The notes beneath the pieces were generated by a model that searched no databases, had not been told where the DNA came from, and saw nothing but the letters and a program-made list of their open reading frames with translations. From NCBI RefSeq assembly GCF_000143415.4, contig NW_003314581.1:1-11206 (forward strand): a stretch of DNA of 11,206 nt, in the 5' to 3' direction. The position numbers were made by a program, and so were the translations under genes. The DNA is from Selaginella moellendorffii (Eukaryota; Plantae; Lycopodiophyta). Shown here one piece after another: positions 8,448-11,206 of the stretch; position 1 is the stretch's first letter, and every line of letters begins with the position of its first letter.

Positions 8448-9321
8448 ATATTATATCTCATGTTGCTGCTAAAAGTGAGGGCTTTAGGGAGATTGGGGAG
8501 CCGAAAAATGCTTTTGAACCAGTCATAGCAATGAAGTTGCTAGAAGAAAAAGGTACAAAAGGTAAATATGTTGAGGTTGGAAGTGACAAAGGGTTGGACA
8601 AATAAAAGGTTCAATTAGAATATGAAGAAAACATGACCATACTGCTATGTATGTCAATAGAATCTCCATCCATCTGTAAAAATACCAATTTAATTAGATT
8701 GAAAATTAGTAGTTCATATCTTACAGTCTGCTTGATTGTTAATTGCTTTGTTTGCTTCATTTCTTGTTAAAACATTCTCATTAAATGTATGTAAAACTCA
8801 AGTTATAGTAGCATTTGAAGACTATATAACTATTTCGTAAAGAGATTATAATTGACACTTTTCTTATAAGCAACAATTGGTTTTCTTCTTGCAAATAAAT
8901 TTATTGATTGTCGAGTGAGGAGTCTTTTTCTGATTTACCTGATCATGAGAGACTATCACCTTATAAATTTACTTTTATTGTGAATGTTTCTTGCAAATTA
9001 CAGTTTGCAGTAAATGAGAAGATGTTCATTGTTAGATACAATGATCACCAAATCATAGAGAAAGCAATGATTATGGATGTGGGCCCCAATGCTCAAACTC
9101 ATTTTAAAAGGCTTAAACTGGATCAAGTGAAAGTGAAGGAGATAAATCATGTTTACAATATTGTCAAGTTACTAGAACCATCGAAAACAGATATGATAAC
9201 ATATGTACAACTTGAATATTGGGTAGTCATGGTTAAGAAGGCCAATCTTCAGAAAATCACAAGCTTGGAAATCTAGCTATTTGAAGGCCATAATAGTATA
9301 TATGAAAATAAAAATCATAAG
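8448..9321 (+). pseudogene. Spliced CACTA (En/Spm) Tnp1/TnpA-like gene remnant; exons ~8448-8648 and 9011-9321
   Basis: Exon 2 reads NEKMFIVRYNDHQIIEKAMIMDVGPNAQTHFKRLKLDQVKVKEINHVYNIVKLLEPSKTDMITYVQLEYWVVMVKKANL. This resembles the Tnp1/En/Spm-like (PF03017-type) pattern VAxGxIxxxxPxxxxHxxxLxxDxxKVxVxxVxxxxxxLxxP...T...WxK. Splice sites ttttAG|8448, 8648|GTatgt, tttgcAG|9011 and 9321|GTatga are phase-compatible. Each exon has one in-frame stop. Confidence 0.6.
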
Positions 9322-9569
9322 GTATGATTCTTTGTACTTGCAAATTAAACTAACTCTATTTGGTTTTACAGTAAGACTTTCTAAACATCCAAAAGAAGTT
9401 TTCTTTAGATTTAGACTAAACTAAAAAAATCTATCTTTATTGTAAATGCCACATGATTGTAAAGAATGTCTGTCAACCTAGACTATACTTGAAAAGAAAA
9501 TATGTTTCCAGTGAACCACAATGAGTTCATGACATCGTAAGCAAACAACAAAGTACTAAGTTTTTTATT

Positions 9570-11206
9570 TTAGGAGTTTTAAGATGTTTGACTAGATTTA
9601 CAAGAATTTTCTTCATAAAGATCTTACTCTCAAGAATTTTTACATTCTTGAAGCAGCTTGGCAGGGCTGAGCAGCCTGTGTGGCAGCTCTGGCTCACATT
9701 GTCGATCTTGCTCTAGCTCCCTGCATCGTTCCTGGTCTGGACACTCCCTGCTATGGTGTTTGTGATGCTGAGGCATGGTGTTGTCATCAACTGGCACTTC
9801 TGTGGGTGGGGAAGCTGGCCCTTCTTTCTTGGCATGAACTGCTACACCATTGGTCAGGGTGCTTATAGAGTCAAGATTGATTTCTTGACTTTGTTCCTGA
9901 CTCTTTTCCTACGGTTTTTCCTTGGAAATGATGCTTTTAATTTGGCTTGTGGTTGATTTTGTCCTGTTCTTTGGAGGCGAGACTGTTGTGATCTTGGTTC
10001 TTTTTGCTGGTGGTGTCGTTGTCGGTGGCAAAAGCTCCTTCTTGTCCTCTTCTTCTTCTTGCTCCTCTTCATATTCTTTGTTGGATTTGTGGAGCAGATC
10101 CTCCCTTCTCTTTGACGCACATTCCTGCTTTCTTCTAGTCTGCAGTGTTGTTGGAGGTACTTTCACACTGAGTGGAAATGTCAAGTTGAGAGCTGGCACA
10201 AGTGCAGTGACATAGGGGAGTGTGAGTGTTTCACATTTCTGGCCACTATAGATCAGTTTCGTAGCCGAGTGGATTTCCTTGATGAGTTTTTCGTGGAGGT
10301 AGCTTGTGATGTTCACTTTGATTTTGTGTTGCAAGTTGTCATAGAGGATTACGATGGCTTTGCTGGCAGAGCTACTTGACTTGCACATTTCGAGAGTTGA
10401 GATGAGAAACTTGAGCCTTGGCTTTGCCTCATTGGTGACGTTGCTCATTTGAAGCGAGCTTCCAGAGTGGTAATTCTCGATGATCTTGATGCATCCCGGT
10501 GGCATCCCTTTTTTTCACAATATGGATATGACTTGCTTTCTGCCGATTGGAAGCTTGAATACCCATGTGATGTAGCTTGTGGTAAAGATATATTTGTGTT
10601 CTTAGGCACACACCATTTCTTCTTGAAAAGCTAGAAGCATTCTCTTCGCGATGTTGATCTTGTACTCTTTCTCCATAATGCAAGAGAACTTGTAGAGGCT
10701 GACCTCATGCAACCAGTCGCCAAGTGCCCTTATCCTCTTCTATGCTGGATTACAGGCGAAGAGGAGATTTGCACTCTCTGGACTCACTGCTGTTGGCTTG
10801 AAGATGAACTCCTTTGTGAGAGGGCACATTGCCGTGCTGTGTTGCTTCCCCATTGCTTGATCTCAATGCTCGAAGATATAGCCCGAGTGTTTCCCTTTGC
10901 CCTAGAGTGTTGCCTTGTGGTAACTTTCTTGAGTTTTCTCTTTGTTGGGGTGGTAGTGTTGGAGAAGCTTGCTTCATGTTGGTCTTTAGCATGTTTGTTG
11001 ACGAGTCTTGAGAGATTCATTGGTCTCTAAATCTTGTTTTTGGTCGAAGTTCCTCAAGTTGTCATTTTTCTTCATGTTGCTTTCTTGAGCTTGATTCTTC
11101 AAAGTCTTTCTTGTGTTGGATTTTTGAACTTGAGCTGATTGTGTTGAGTTCTTGAGTTTAAATTTTGTAAACCTTGAATGTGTTGAATTCTTGAGGTCGA
11201 GTCTTC
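9570..11206 (-). mobile_element. LTR-retrotransposon internal fragment carrying an accessory ORF; continues beyond the window
   Basis: A/C-rich - strand with the same CAAGAA-rich texture as 1290-4780. Contains the pseudo-ORF below. Confidence 0.6.
9630..10853 (-). pseudogene. Retrotransposon accessory protein pseudogene (putative plant transposon protein, Transposase_32/PF20167-like) with acidic, Pro/Thr-rich and NLS-like tail
   Basis: One frame from ATG 10853 to TGA 9630 (408 codons) with only 4 internal stops (10742, 10604, 10517, 9911); it includes the listed 198-aa ORF. Motifs LYKFSCIMEKEY...IFTTSYITWVFKLPIG...RLKFLISTL...ILYDNLQHKIKVNITSYLHEKL...LTLPYVTALV fit the family pattern F-I-F-LP-G ... 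LLY-I-G-xNxx-I ... LxFPxLIT. Confidence 0.7.

Noticed and set aside
9680-11030. Overlapping short ORFs on both strands around the accessory gene
   Set aside because: Shadow or alternative frames of the 10853-9630 pseudo-ORF with no independent motifs.

Overview
AT-rich, CpG-depleted eukaryotic DNA, most likely a large land-plant genome (inferred from the element types), made almost entirely of decayed transposon pieces. I see no intact host gene, RNA gene or CRISPR array. Left to right: (1) a faint LINE/L1 ORF2 remnant at ~290-540. (2) A strongly A-rich/G-poor + strand block at ~1290-4780 ending in a clear but disrupted Ty3/Gypsy gag (4219-4780). It is preceded by ~3 kb holding reconstructable extra ORFs, one with a C-x6-C-x5-C-x2-C cluster (1381-2011) and one opening with an F-box-like motif (2811-3596). 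(3) A probable minus-strand PPT and 3' LTR at 5068-5997. (4) Two diverged inverted copies of a ~360 bp repeat either side of a 100-N scaffold gap. (5) A spliced CACTA Tnp1-like pseudogene at 8448-9321. (6) A ~408-codon minus-strand retrotransposon accessory pseudo-ORF at 9630-10853, resembling Transposase_32/PF20167. The best candidate for something undescribed is the accessory-ORF cassette upstream of gag, especially the F-box-like ORF. All protein calls come from manual translation and motif recognition; no database searches were run.
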